A DNA stretch of 64,000 nucleotides, taken from assembly GCA_004431415.1 (NCBI GenBank), contig QPMI01000634.1:1-64000 (forward strand), given 5' to 3'. Each line of letters starts with the position of its first letter. Position 1 is the stretch's first letter. This document shows positions 42,973 to 56,450 of this stretch, one piece after another. The stretch is from Cyanophora paradoxa CCMP329. Taxonomy: Eukaryota; Plantae; Glaucophyta. The notes under the pieces were generated by a model. It worked only from the letters and a program-made list of their open reading frames with translations. It was not told the DNA's origin and made no database searches. The position numbers and the translations under genes are program-made.

Positions 42973-43595
42973 TAGGCGAGCAAATTCGAAGAACACTGGA
43001 GAAAGCCGGAATTCGGCCCCCGGGCCCGCCAGGTATCAGACGCCATTAGCCTCGTTAGCGCAGGCGGTTTCGAATTCGTTCAGATTTCGTTGTTTTTCTG
43101 GACAGAAGATCCTTTTTAGGTCGATCCACGTCAATCTTCAGATGGGAAAAGCCCACAGGGGGGCACGCTCCCAGCAGGTTATAGTATATGGGACTGAGAG
43201 AACTTCCGAAAGTTCGGAACCTCAGTCGGCCAATTTGGTGACGAGTCACTGACGACCCAGTCGGGTGACTCGCCGAGTCGGGTCAGTCAGACCCTCTGAC
43301 TTTGACTGACAGTGACTGAACCTAGCCCTACTCGCCGGCGACTCGGCGCCGAGTCGGCGGCGGGCACTCTGTGACAAATTGACAATACACACAAAATATT
43401 TAGTAGCCTAAGATGCATATGATCGTCCAAAAACTGATCATGATCATGACTCAGTGACTCCCTCTCCTCCTTCTCCTCCCGGAGTCCGCATATGCATACC
43501 AACTAGCAAAAGCCGCACGGTCTGTCTCGCTGTCTGCAAGGCCACTCCTATATGAGCTAGGCCTGCTTCGCAGGGACTCGCTTCAGGCCTGTTAA

Positions 43596-44106
43596 CACAG
43601 CGGTACGCGTTTGTATGGCGCCATAGACATGGAAGGTTAATTCTTGGCGATCGCGGAACTTAGATTTACCATATCTTGGTGATCGCGTATAGCCAGAATT
43701 AACTTAATAGCTAATGGAAACTCAAAAGTTTTCTCGTCTTTTTTTCAACTTGACCGTTGTGCCAGCTGCAAACTAGACCGACCGGGAACCGTCGCAACGT
43801 GGGAACTTGAAAACAAACGTGCCAAATCCGCCGCGAGCGCGCCGATGTGCTCATCTAGCATCTATCTACCTTAGTTTTGTAGGCGGTGGCTATTTTTTGT
43901 AGATCCAGGGAGCCGGTTTGCGCCTGTTGCGCCGCGGCGAAGTCCAACCTAGGCGAGGAACCGGGGTACGCTAAATTGTCAAGTCCAAGTTCCGAGCTTA
44001 CCAATTACGTGTAGACGTAACAAACTTACCGATTTTACACAGAGTTTTAACCACCAAGCGTTAATTCTTCCAAGTCTATGGGCCCATACAAACGCGTACC
44101 GCTGTG
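43596..44106. mobile_element. Non-autonomous TIR element with CAC termini (CMC/EnSpm- or Transib-like)
   Basis: TIR CACAGCGGTACGCGTTTGTATGG / CCATACAAACGCGTACCGCTGTG, extending imperfectly inward; AA on both flanks. Confidence 0.8.
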
Positions 44107-44345
44107 AAGGCGGCGGCGCGCGAGGGCGCCTATAGCTAGCTGATCTAATTTTTTTTATAAGCCTTGGGGAGGCGGCTTCATGATCAGTACTGCGGTATGG
44201 TCGTGATTGAAATGAAGTGACAAAATTTTTGAGGCGAACGCGGTGCGCATATTACCTAACTGGCAATGCCTGCATGTTACACTTGTACGCTAGCGGGGGC
44301 CGGTTAACCTGCCTAGATGCGCGGAGGCGAATACGAAACTTTATG

Positions 44346-47300
44346 TTACATGCGATGTGCAAGCGGGCAGGGGCCCGACGGGGTCAGAGGGAGCGGACGT
44401 GGACGCCCCGCGGCTGCGGCGCCGTCGCCGCGGCGTGCAGGCCCGGCGAGGGGGCGCCCGCCGGCGCCGACGCGGCCGGGGCGCCCCGCGGGCGCCGGTG
44501 CAGGAGCCGCAGAGGCCAGCGGGGGGGCGAAGTAGCGGTCGCAGGTGCGGCAGCCCGGGGCGGGGGGACGAGGGGCGAGCCGCCCTCCTGCGCCTCGAAG
44601 AACTCGCCCTCGTCGTCGCTCCCGAGCGGCGAGGGCGCCGGCGTGATGGGGCGGGGCCCGCCCCCTCGGGCCGCCGCAGGCTCCAGTGCTCCAGCGCCTC
44701 CCCTCCTCCTCCTCCGGCGGCGCTGCGGGGGCGGGCGCCACCGCGGGGCGGGCGGCGGGCTCGAGGGAGGCGAGGGCGGGGTTGGAGAAGGAGCGCGAGA
44801 AGCTGCCGGACGAGAGGGCACCGCCCCCAGCAGGGGCGAGCCCGTCCCGCCGCCCCCTCGCCCCGCACCCGCCCCGGCCCGCGCCCCGCTCGCCCGCGGC
44901 GGCGTCCCCGGCGCCTCGACCGCCGGCGCCGCGGGGCGGGGCACTCGGCCTCGGGGCGGTACTCGGTCCAGCGGCGGGGCGGGAGGGCGGGGCGGGCCGG
45001 GCCCGGCGCCGGCCGGCGGCGAGCGGCCGTCGACGAGGGCGTCGTCCGCGAAGCGGGCGAGGCGGCGGCGGCGGAGGCCCGGCGCCACGCCGGCCGCGCA
45101 CGCCGGCGAGCCGCAGGTGCCCGGCGGGCACGGCGAGCGCGGCGGGAGGCGGTAGTCCGGCCCGCGGGGAAGCCCGGCCGTAGAGGGCGGCGAAGGGGTT
45201 CCCGTTGGCGACGGCGGCGGCGAGCGCGGCCGCCTGCGAGGCGTCCAGCGGCTGGGCGTAGGCGAGCGCCGCGGCGGCGGCGGCGGCGGCGGCGACCTGG
45301 GCGAGGCCGACAGGCGGCTGCTGCTGCTGCTGCTGCTGCCGGTGCTTGTCGTCGAGGCCGGGGCCGTCCTCGGGGGCGAGGCCGGAGGCGAGGCCGCCCA
45401 GCTCGCCCTCGGAGCGCGCGTGCACGAGGCCGCGCAGCCGCGCCCCCGCGGCGAGGCCGGCACCGCCGCCCGCGGCTTCAGGTTCGACGCCGCCGCGGCG
45501 GCCGCGGCGGCGGCGGCGGCGGCCTGGACGCGGGCGTGGGTGTAGCTGTGCCAGGCCGAGGAGAGGCCGGGGGTGGCGTAGCGGGTGGGGGTCCAGCGCG
45601 GCTCGAGGAGCTCGCCGGAGGGGAGCCGCGGGGGGGTGCACGCCGACGAGCGCCGCGCGGCCAGCGCCTCGGCCCCCGCCGCCTGCTCCTCGGGGCTCAT
45701 CCCCAGGCGCTCCGGCGAGGCGACGGGGGCGGCCGCCGGGGAGGCCCCCGCCGCCTCCCCAACCCCCCCCGAGGGGCGGGGGCGGCGGAAGGGGGAGGCG
45801 AGGGCGGAGCCGATCTTCCAAGGGGAGAGGCGGTGGAGGTGCTGGCTGGCGTGCGCCTGGATCTTGCGCACGGGGCCGCGCTGCAGGTCCGACGAGACGA
45901 GCACGAGCCGCTGGAAGAGCCGGATGAAGAACGAGCGCGCGTCGATCACCGCCCTGGGCCGCGGCACCCCCCGTCAGGCCACGCCGGCGGCGCGGGGCCG
46001 GCGGGTGCGGGGGCGGGACCCGATGGAGGGCTTGAGAACGGAGTCGTAGAAGCGGGAGATGAGGCTCACGGGGAGGAGGCCCCCCAGCTGCCCCCGCCCC
46101 GCCCGCCTCAGCCGCGGCGCAGGCGCGCGGCGGAGGAGTCGGGCGCACGAGGCGGAGCGGGGTGCGGAGGGCGGAGACGGCGTAGACGAGGAGGGTCCAG
46201 GTCGTGTCCAGCGCGAGCCGCAGCTCCCGGCCCATCGCGTGCACCGTGCTCCACATCAGCCTGAACGGCTGCAGCACCTGCCCGCCCGAGGTGAGGCGCG
46301 CCCGGCGGGCCCCGGCGGCGGGCGGGCGGGGGGGCGGGGGGGCGGGCGGACGAGGGAGGGGAGGGCGGCGAGGGCGCGGAGGCCGGCGACGAACTCGCGG
46401 GCGCCGGCGGCCACGGGCGCCAGCACGAGCTGCAGCATCTGCGCGGCCCTCGCCGTCGGCGGCGGCCGGGCCGGGGCCGGGGCGGGGGCCGGGGGCGGGG
46501 CGGACGCTGTGGAGGGGCCCGAGGAGGAAGCTGAAGAGGTAGCGCAGGGGCGCCAGCGCGTGCCTGCGCGCCGTCAGCGCCGCGGGACGGGGCGCCGGGG
46601 GCGGGGCGGGGCGGGGCGGGGCGGGGGCACCAGAGGATGAGGAGGGAGTCGCGGGCCATGCGGAGGAGGGCGGAGAGGCCCATGAAGCAGCGCGTGAAGG
46701 GCCCGAGGAGGCCCAGCAGCACCACGCTGTACTGCTCCAGCAGCGACTGCACCACGTCCGTGTACCGCCCCAGCGCCGCCCGAACGTACTGCCCGCCCCC
46801 GCCCCCTTAGAGGCGTGCGGGGCGGGGCGCGGGGCGCGGGCGGGGCGCTCGCCTTCTTGACGGGGCGGAAGAGATCGCGGAGGAGGGGGAAGGCGGCGTA
46901 GAGCTGGTAGAGGCAGACCACCAGCGAGAAGATGAGGTACGCCGTGAAGAGCCCGTCCCAGTGCCTGGCCCCGCCGCCGCCCCCGCCGCTCGCTCAGGGC
47001 GCGCGGGGCACGGGGGGCGGGGCGGGGCGCACGTGCGGAGGAAGCGGAGGGGGCGGGTGGTGTAGAGCGGGGCGAGGGAGCGCCGGTGGAAGAGCGACGT
47101 CCACCCGGGCAGGCCTGCGCCCGCGCGCGCGCGGGGCCCCGGCTCGGGCCGGGCGGGGCGGGGGCGGGGCGGGGAAGGGGGCCGGGGCGGGCGGACCGAG
47201 CTGGAGGGGCCGGCGGGAGGCGCGGGCGTCGGTGCGGATGGCGGCGAGGGCGGCGGTGGTGACGGGGCGGCCCTCGTTGAGGTCGAAGTCGAAGACGAGC

Positions 47301-48732
47301 ACGCGCGTCGCCGCCACGCGCGCGAAGATCGGGTCCGAAGCCACCGGCTGCGCCAGCGTGCGGCGCCCCCGCCCGTCGAGCTCGTAGAGCAGCGGCGGCG
47401 AGCGCGTCTCCACCGTGAGCGTCCCGCTCGGGTTCGTGTCGAGCTCGCTCGGGCTCGGCTGCGACTGGTCCACCCCCGTGATCGCATCGAACGGCAGCAC
47501 CAGCAGCCGCCGCCGTCCCGCCGCGCCCGCCCCCGCCCCCGGGCCGGACGGGCCGGCAGGCGCCCACGGCGGCGAGCCCGGGCCGAGGGCGGCACGAGGG
47601 CGGCGGGGAGACGCGGCGGCGGCCGGAGACGGAGGAGGGCGGCGAGGGCGGCGGCCCGGGGAGGGCGAGCGGGCGGGGGCGAGGGCGGCGGCAGCGGGGT
47701 CGGGGCCCTCGAGGAGGTGTACGACCAGCTCGCAGCGCTCCTCGTCCAGCACGAGGTGCCGCTCCTCCGACGGCGCCCGCCACCACCCCGCCATCCGCAC
47801 CGCACCCAGCCGGAACGCCTGCGCGCCGCCCCCGCCCCGCTCGCTCGCGCGCCCCCGAGCGGCGCGCGGGCGGTCGCCTGACCTTCGGCGGGATGGGCCT
47901 GCCGACGACGAGGGGGCGGCCTGCGGCGGAAGCCTCGGCGGTGAGGAGAGCCTGGATCTCGTGGGCCCCCGGCAGCCCCGTGTCGATGTCGAAGTGCATC
48001 GCGAACACGCGCCCCGTCAGGCACTGCGCCGCCCGTCAGCGCCGCCCCAACCGCACGCCCGCACAGAGCGGTGCCGATCGCACCGATTCGGCGTCCTGAG
48101 CGGGCCGCCTCTCGCCGCCGCTCGCGTCGTAGAGCAGCGGCGAACGCATCGTTCCCAGAGTCAAGGTGCCGGTGTCGGCGCCCTGTGAGGGGCAGGCGTC
48201 AGCCTAAGGAGCGATTATCGGCAGCATGGAGCCGATCTGCGTGCCTGAAGCAGCTTAACGGCCGAAATGGTGTAGAAGGGCAAGCAGAAGAGACGTTCGC
48301 CCTCAGCTGACACTGCGTGGATGACCACCTCTTTGGATTCTCCATCGGCGGAAACGAAAGTCGCGCCTCCCAAGCTGAAGAATCCGTCGACGGTGCAGGA
48401 GAGCAGCGGGATAGGCTGTAACCGCGGGGAAGCCACGTCAAAGGGGTTTTCCGACCGCGGCGGGGCAAGCGGGGGCTCAAGATAAGCTCTAAGACTCGAT
48501 ATAGCGCTCTAGATTCGAGAGCCGCGAGCTGGGACACTGCCGGCGCGCGCGAGTGCGGTAGTGGTCGAGAACACACCGAGACGTGCACTTTGTCGTGGGA
48601 GACGGAGTGCCGCGAGAACCGCGAACGAGGGCTGCTGAGGCTGCTCAGGTCATCCTCGCTCCAGTCGTCCTCGTAGCGCGCTGGTTCCGGAGGTGTGACC
48701 CGCGGGGGTCCGACTCCATGGAACTCCCCCAT
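44346..48732 (-). CDS. Host intron-rich gene, uncharacterised probable membrane protein
   Basis: Protein-like exons in alternating frames (MGEFHGVG..., HLVLDEERCELVVHLLEG, LLVLPFDAITGVD, VCLYQLYAAFPLL, RSFFIRLFQRLVLV) separated by short GC-rich GT..CAG introns. Ends are approximate. Confidence 0.55.
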
Positions 48733-49064
48733 CGCAGCCTAGAGAGACCCGCCGACTCTAGCAGTCGGTGCACGTGCGGCCTGGCATGCGGCAATTGCTG
48801 GAAGGAGGTTTTTTTCCTGCGAGGGGGGTATCGATAACAAACGCATTCGTCTTCGCCGCCATCCAGCAGATGAGGCCGCCTTCTGATCACAGATAGCTAG
48901 AGATAGGGTAGCCGAGCTCGACGCCGCGCCCGGTCACCGGACCGCCGGCGCCGGCTCTCGATTATAGGCAACGGGACTGGAGCCGCGAGTTGGCTCCCGA
49001 GGCTCTACAGAGCTAGGTCCGCTGCCGACGTTGCGCCCCGCCTGATCCGCTGACCCTCGGCAAG

Positions 49065-52000
49065 ATGGCATTCGAGGGCGAGCGCGCACGCGAGCGGCGG
49101 GCGAGGCAGCGGGCGTCGTATGTGACCATCCAGAACGGTCCGCTGCTGTCTGCGAGGGAGCGCTTCTCGATAGCCAAGTTCTACATCCTCCCCCACAACG
49201 TCGGCATCCCCGAGTTCGTCGGCAGCTACGTGCCCCAGCCACGGACGAAGCGGGGGCGGGTCGCGGCCCTCGACCCGAACGCGCTGGGCGGGGGATGGGA
49301 GGAGGAGGCGCCCCCGCCCCCGCCCCCGCCCCCGGACCCGCCTGAGGAGGTGCGGGAGCCGACCCCGCCGCCGCCGCCGCCGCCGCCTCCGCCGGCGCCG
49401 AAGAAGAGTGCCCTCAAGCGGCGGAGCGAGCCGCCGCCGCCGCCGCCGCCGGAGGAAGAGGGGGAGTGGCGGCGCGGGGGGAGCCCGGACGCGCGCTCCG
49501 AGGCGGCCTGGTCGCCCCGCCCCGGCGACGAGGCCGCCCCTCCCCGCCCCCGCCCCGCCCGAGCGCACGCCGGAGGAGGTGCGGGCGGAGCAGGAGGCGG
49601 CGGCGGCGGCGGCGGCGGCGGCGCGGCTGGCGGAGGAGCTGGCGCGGGAGCTCGAGGGAGGGGAGACGCCCCCGCGCCCCCGCGCCGCCTCCATGGTCCC
49701 CCTCGGCAGCCCCGCCCGCACCTCCTACCGCTCCTTCTCCCTCGGCGTCGGCCCCCTGCCCGTCCCGGACGGCGGCTCCCCCGCGCCGCCCCGCTGGGCC
49801 CCATCCGAGTTCGGCGCGCACCCGCCGGCCTCCGCCCCCGTCCTGCCGTCGCCCCCGGCGCGGGAGGAGGGCGGCTGGGCGGGCGCCGGCTCCTCGGTGC
49901 GGCGCAACACGGTCGCCTCGGGCTCGCGGCGCATCATCGCCCTCGCCCCGCCCGCCGCGCCCCCGCCGGCACTCCTCGACCCCGACGCCCCCGGCCCCGC
50001 GGCCGCAGCGGCGGCGGCGGTGGCGGCTGCCGAGCGGGCGGCTGCCGAGCGGGCGGCGGCGGAGGCGGCGGCGCGCCTCGCCCGCGAGCTCGCCGACGAG
50101 CTCGGGCCCCCTCGGCCCCCGCCCCGCGCCCCGGCCCCGGCCTCCGCCCCGCTCCCCTCCGCCCCGGCCCTCCGCCCCCCCTCCCTCCGCCCCCGCCCCT
50201 CCCGCCACGGTCCCCTCCGCCCCGGGGTCCGGCCCGTCTGACGGGGCCTCGCGCCTTCCGCTCCCGAGGCCACGGTCGCCTCCGCGCACGGCAGCCACCC
50301 CGCCCTCCCGCCGGCCTCCTTTCCCGCGGCCCCCGCCGAGCACGCCCCGCCCCGGACCCTCCCCGCGCCCTCCTCGCTGCCGCTGCCGGGCCCGCCGGCG
50401 CAGGGCGAGACGCCCCGCGTGGCCCCGGCGGGTCGGGCGTCGCCGCCCTCGGAGGCGGCCCTTCCCGCCCGCCTCCTTCGCCGGCACCCCGGCCCCGGGG
50501 CGCCTCGCCGCGGGCGGGCCGGCGGCGGCCCCGGCGCCCCTCGCCCGCGCCGCCTCGTTCGCCCGGAAGCCGCCGGGGCGGGGCCCGTCCTTCACGCGCG
50601 GCGGCGGCGGCGGCGGCGCAGGCCCCGAGGCGGGCGACCCCTCCCAAGCCGCCAGCCCGCACTCCGGCCCCCGCCCCGCCTTCTCCAGGTCCGCCCCGCC
50701 CTCCCCGCCCCGCCCCGCCCCGCCCCGGGCCTCCGCTGACGGGGCGGACCGCGGTGCAGGCAAGCGTCGCTGCTGCAGCTGCACGAGGAGGCGAACGCGG
50801 GGGCGGCGGCGGCCGCGGCCGCGGCGCGCATCGCGGAGGAGCTGGCGATGGGCGGGATCAGCGCGTGGGGCGCCGGGCCGGAGGTGCCGCCGGGCCTGGG
50901 CCGCGTGGGCTCCCTGCGCCACTCGGGACCGGCCCCGCACGGCCGCTCGGGGACTGCGGCGCCGCTCAACGTGCCGGGCCCGGCGCCTGCGCCCAAGAAG
51001 CCGGCCCTGCGCTCCGCCCTCAAGATCCGGGCCCCGCCCCCGAGGAGGCCGCCCCCGCCCCGGCTCCGCCCTCGGGCTCCGAGCCGGCCGCTCGCGCCCC
51101 AGCGACCTCCCCGGCGCCCGGCGAGGCCGGCCCGGGGCCCCGCGGCCGGCGCTCTCTCCGACGGCGGCGGCGGCGGAGGCGGCGCGGGGGGTGCCGTCGA
51201 CGTCGCCGGAGGGGCCGTGGCGGGGGGCGCGCTGGAGGCGTGGGGCGAGGAGGACCTTAGCGACCGCGAGACCAGCGACGGCGACGAGGACGAAGAGAAC
51301 GACGAGGACGAGGACGAGGAGGAGGACGAGTTCAGGTGCCCCCCTCTCCCGCCCGCCGGCATTCCCGCCCCTCCCCGCCCCGCCCCGCCCCGCTGAGGCC
51401 GTCGGGGCAGGCGGGACCTGGCGGAGTCGCGGGCTGCGCTGTGGCGCTCCTTCCGCTCGCGCAAGGGCGGCTCGCTGGCGCAGGCGGCGCGGGCGGCCGG
51501 CGGGGCGCAGGCCATCGCGCAGGCCGCCGCCACCATCGCCACGGCCCTCGCCGAGTACCCGCTGCGCGCCTCCGCGGCCGCCGGCCCCCGCTGGGATGCC
51601 GCCGCCTTCCTCCGCCGCCTCCAGCTCGGCTTCGGCCCGCCGCCCCGGCCCCCGCCCTCCCCGTCGTTTCCGGCACGCGCCTCGCCCCGGCCCGCCGCGG
51701 GCCCCAGGCGGCGACGACGACGAGGCGGCGGTGGTGGCGGCGGTGGTGCCCGAGGAGGAGGCGGAGGCCCCCGCGCCGCTGCAGCCCGAGCCGCCCGAGC
51801 CCGAGGCCCCCGAGCAGGAGCCGGCGCCCGAGCCGGCGCCGGGGGTGGTGCGGAGGGGGCGTGGGGCGGCCTCCCGCCCCTCGCCGGCCTCCCGCTGTAC
51901 CTCGCGCGGGGCGCGCCCTCGCCGCCCCGCACCGCCCGCGGGCGCGCGGGGCGCCCCCGGCCTCCCCGCCGGGCCACCTGCGCCGCCCGCCCGCCTCCGC

Positions 52001-53404
52001 ACCTCCACCGCCCCGCCGGCACCGCCCGCTTCGCCGCCTCCGGCGCCCCGCGCCCGCCGCGCGCCATCCCTCCCCGCCCACTTCCCCGCGACCACGGGGG
52101 CCGGGAGGAGCCCGCCCGCCCCCGCCGATCCCAGCGGCTCGCCACGCCGGACCGCAGCCGGCGCCCCTCTCCGCGTTCGACGAAAGGGGAGAAGAAGGCC
52201 GGCCCGAGGGGAGGAGCGGCGGCGGCGGGGCGGCGTCTGAAGAGGGCGGCCGGTCCGAGGAGGAGGATGAAGGAGACGCGTCCTCGGCGGGCGACCCCTC
52301 CGACGGCGCCGGCAGCGAGCGCGAGCGCCCCGCCGGAGAGGCGCCGCGGACCGCCGCCGCCGCGGATCCGGCGCAGGAGCCCGAGAGGCCGGAGGCAGAG
52401 GCGGCGGCGGCGGCAGAGGCGGCGGCGGAGGAGGCGGAGGCGGGGGCGCGGGAGGCGGAGGAGCGGGCGTACCTGGAGGAGCTGCTGATGAGCGAGGCCT
52501 TCCAGGCGCACCTCGCTGGCGACCCCGACTTCCAGGCCCACCTCGCCCGCGCCGCCGGCCCGCGGCCCCCGCCCGGCAAGCGCCAGCGCAGCAGCTGGGC
52601 CGGCCAGCCCAGCGCCCAGCGGCGCCTCGGCGGCGGCTTCGCGCCGGGGCGCTGGCACGTCTTCGGGGGCCACTGGCTGCAGTGGTCGGGGCCCCCCGGG
52701 GGGGCCAGCCTCGCGCACGACCACCAGCAGCAGCAGCAGCCGCAGCAGCCGAAGCGGCGAGGCGAGAGGGCGGCGTGGGCCGAGGGGGAGGTCGTCCTGT
52801 GGGGCGGGGAGGCGCTCATCCCCTCGCCCCGCTCGCCGGGCCCCGCCGGCTCCTCCGCCTTCGCCGCGTCCCTGCCCCCGCTGGGCGGCCGCCCCCGCCG
52901 CACGTCGAGCCGACGCCGCCGCCCAGCGCCCGCGGCGCGCCCTTCCGCGACATGCGGGGGCCGGCCAGCGCCCCCGCCTCCGACGCCCCGCCGCCCGCCC
53001 AGCGGCTCGAGGTCGTCGGCTCGAACGCGCCGACGCCGCCGCCCGTGCCCCCTCCGAGCGCTCGGCACCCCGGCGCGCCTCCACCGGAGGGCGCGCCGGC
53101 GGGGTCCCCGTCCCCGCGGGGGGCGGCGGGGTCGCGGAGCGAGCTGCTGGTGCTCGCGGGCGTCGCCTCGCCTCTCTTCGGGGCGCGCCCCGAGGCGGAG
53201 GAGCTGCGCGAGGGCGAGGCCAAGTGGGTCGCGGGGGCCGCCGAGGCCGCCAGCGTCAGCTCCCCGCAGGCCGTCAGCGTCGAGCACCAGATCCGCCTAG
53301 GCCTCGGCGGCGCCCCGCACGCGCGCGCGCAGCTCGCGCGACCCAGCACCGCCCCCGCCCTCGACCTCCTCAGCGAGCCCTCGTCGACCCCTCGCTTTCT
53401 CTAG
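49065..53404 (+). CDS. Host intron-containing gene, low-complexity Pro/Ala/Glu-rich protein
   Basis: Start MAFEGERARERRARQRASYVTIQNGPLL..., acidic tracts, EERAYLEELLMSEAFQAHL and a terminal exon ending STPRFL*. May be more than one gene. Confidence 0.45.
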
Positions 53405-53735
53405 AAGATGTCTTTGCTTCTCCTGCCACGTCATGGCATGCACGTCCATCCAGCTCGTCATCCGGATCCGGCGGGCCGGAGGGGCGCGGGTACCCAGATG
53501 GGGGCCTCGGAGGAGGGGGGCGCGTCCGCTGTCGATCGGGAGGGTCCGAAGCGCATTCCGAGTTCTGTCGGCGGCGGCGTGCCTTTACGTATACTTTCGT
53601 GGCCCTTCATCAGTCGGGGGTACCGAATTATTTATCGCAACGCTTTGCCGGTGCTAGCCAGGCTCGCCGCTAGCTGTATCAGCTCCAACCCAGCAGGTTC
53701 AGTTGCGCTAGTGGCGCAGAGAGAGCCGGCCGGCC

Positions 53736-55190
53736 ATGGCGGATGTGTGTACGCTGCATGACTCGGATCTCGACATCGTCATCAGCAAAGATCCGGCGAT
53801 CCCACTAGAGGAGCGTCTCGAGGCGTTCAAGAGGCTCAGCCCCTTTCTCCAGGTAGCTATAGGCCGGACTCCGCCGGCGCCGGAGCTTTCTTGCTCAAGC
53901 TTCAAAGAGCTGAGGCCGCCCCAGGAATACGCGTACCAGGAGGCGCATCGGGTCGCGGACATCGGGCGGAACTACGCGGACGCCGGCGCAGACCCCGGGG
54001 CCGTCTCGCCGAAGCTTCTGCCGCGGCCCGCGTACCTCAGCCTCCACGACATCGACCGCGGCGTCGTCGCGGGCGCCGTGGAGGAGGGCTACGTCATCCC
54101 AATCCACAACCACGAGATCAAGGCGCGCTGACGCCCCGCCGCCGCGCGCCCCGCCGCCTTGACGGGTCGTGACGCGCGCGAACACACGCACACGCGCCCG
54201 CCCGCCCCGCTTCTACAGCTCTTCCTCGAGGTTCGCCCCGCGCCCCGCGCGCTCTCCGCCGGCCCCGGCGTGAGCTTGAGCTCGACGGGGCAGATCGTGG
54301 CGGGGCTGGCGGCGGACGGGGAGCTGGCGGGCCCCGAGGCGGTCCTCCTGAAGTACAACGGCACGGAGGCCGCGCCCAGCGACGTCACGGAGTTCGAGCG
54401 CGCCGCCGGCGAGGTCCCCGCGCCCGGCCCCACGCCACGCGCGCCCCCGCCGCCCCCGCGCCGCGCCGCGCCGACGCGCACGCCGCGCCCCGCGCAGCTT
54501 CGCTCCATCATGCCCTTCGCCGCGTGCGCGCCCCCGGGCCCCGCCTCGTCCGGGGCGCCGGAGCGAGCCGCTGAGCGAGCGAGGCGGGGGGGGGCAGGGT
54601 GGAGGTGGATAACGCGAACGCGGCGGGCCCCTTCGTGGGGACTACCGCTTCCAGCCCGGCCTCGACGTCGCCCTAGCCATGGCCCGCCCAGCCCCGCCCC
54701 CGCCGCCCGCCCCGCCCCGCCCCTCACCGGCGGCCCGCTGCGCAGGGCCCCGAGCACGCGGTCTCGCTGACGCCGCCGCGGCCGGCGGGGACGGGCGCAC
54801 GAAGCACGGCGTGGAGGAGCTCTCGGCGCGCGACCTCTGGGCCGGCATCCGCAGCGCCCTCTGGTCCGTCCCCGAGTACTCCGCCGCCTTCGTGCGCCCG
54901 CCTGCCCTGCCCCGCCCGGCCGCCCGCGCTGCATCGCTCACGCCGGCCGCAGACGGGCCTCTCCGCCGCGGATGGGGAGGAGGAGGCGGGCCTGGCCGGT
55001 GCGGCGCCCCCCTCCACGACCCCCGCCCCCCTCCGGTCCCCGCCCCGCCGGCGCCGACGGGCCGGGGCATGCAGGGTGGGACCCGACGGAGGCGCTGGCG
55101 GGGGCGGGCGCGGCGGGGCCGGAGCCGCTGCTGCTTCTGGAGCTCGAGGCGCCCGAGCTCGACGCCGACGCCTTCGAGCCGCTCCTCTAA
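53736..55190 (+). CDS. Host intron-containing gene, uncharacterised
   Basis: GCCATGG start; exon MADVCTLHDSDLDIVISKD...IPIHNHEIK; later exons IVAGLAADGELAGPEAVLLKYNG and ...ELDADAFEPLL*. Confidence 0.55.
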
Positions 55191-55828
55191 TCATGACTGC
55201 GCCCGACCGTCGGACGCGGCGACCGTCGGCCGGCCGGGACCGCCGCCGGCTGGGCGGCCGTGCGGCTGGCCTGCTAAACTGTTACTAGTACTAGTACTAT
55301 TCGTATTTTGAGGCTCGGCTTCGGAAGTTCCAAGCTCCGGACTCCCCGGAATCCGGAGCTAGCGCTCCAGTTATTTAAATTTGACTGCATCCTGTCGTAG
55401 TTCGCGTAGATCATCGGATGATTATTCAGCTGTTTGTTGCTGTATTCAATGCATGCTTCGAAGCCTCAGCTTGAGCTCATGATCAGCTGCAGGCGGCTGA
55501 TATCGATGCATTCGATGATCGACCCGCGCGCCTTCGAATTCGAAGCAGGGCCGGCTTAGGCCGCCGCCCGGGGGGTACGTAAACAGTTCCAGGGATGGCA
55601 CCGCGCAAGGCTCCCGCGGGCAAGGACGGTCCGTGTGCTGTCGAACTGCTGCATGCTCGCACCGGCTGCATGCTTCCGCCGCCGCCGCTGACTGACAGGT
55701 CCCGTGCAGCGCCGAAGCGCAGGCTGAGCGAGGCGGAGGCGGCGGACGCGGTGCGTCGCGGTTGATGCGACGCCGGAGGTGCCGGCTCGGCTGACGGGGA
55801 TCCGCGGGGCGCGCAGGGCGGCCGCCCG

Positions 55829-56399
55829 ATGATGACATCAAGCCGACTAGTGGCCGCCTTTCTTTGCCCGGCGTACACGAAGGCGTACGTCGCGCTACCG
55901 CCGGCTTCTCTCGTCTTTTCAGCATCCTCCGTCCCGCCGGCGTCACGGCCCGCTGCGTCGAACTCGCTCTCCCGTTCAACGGCCGAGAAGAGCGGCGACG
56001 GGCGCGGCCGCCGTCGCTCCCTCGCTTCGCGGCGGTTCTTCGGTGGCCGGGCGTTCGCGCACGCTCCGGCGCCGCTGGCGGCGGGCGCACGGCGCGGGCT
56101 GGAGGTGCTGGCGCAGGCGAAGGGCTTCGGGGCCGGTGCGGGCCGGGGCGGGGAGCCGGGCGCGGGGGCGGGGGCGGGTGCGGCGGAGGCAGAGGAGCTG
56201 GCGATGGAGTTCCTGGACCGCATCGTCGTGGCGCGGATGCTGACGATCGCGGACCGGCTGCTCTGGGCGGCGGGCAACCAGGTGCTGGTCCAGCCCGACG
56301 GGTCCCACATCGCCCTCGCGGAGCGCCTCGCGCGGGCCCACGGCAACTTCCTCCGCGTCATCGACCCCGACGCCCGCGAGGGCTTCCTCTGGCGGTCCG

Positions 56400-56450
<51 letters not shown>

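Noticed and set aside
56399-56448. Long poly-C and poly-G runs (also ~56594 and ~57283) read as polyproline/polyglycine
   Set aside because: Probably homopolymer or intron sequence with sequencing error in GC-rich DNA.
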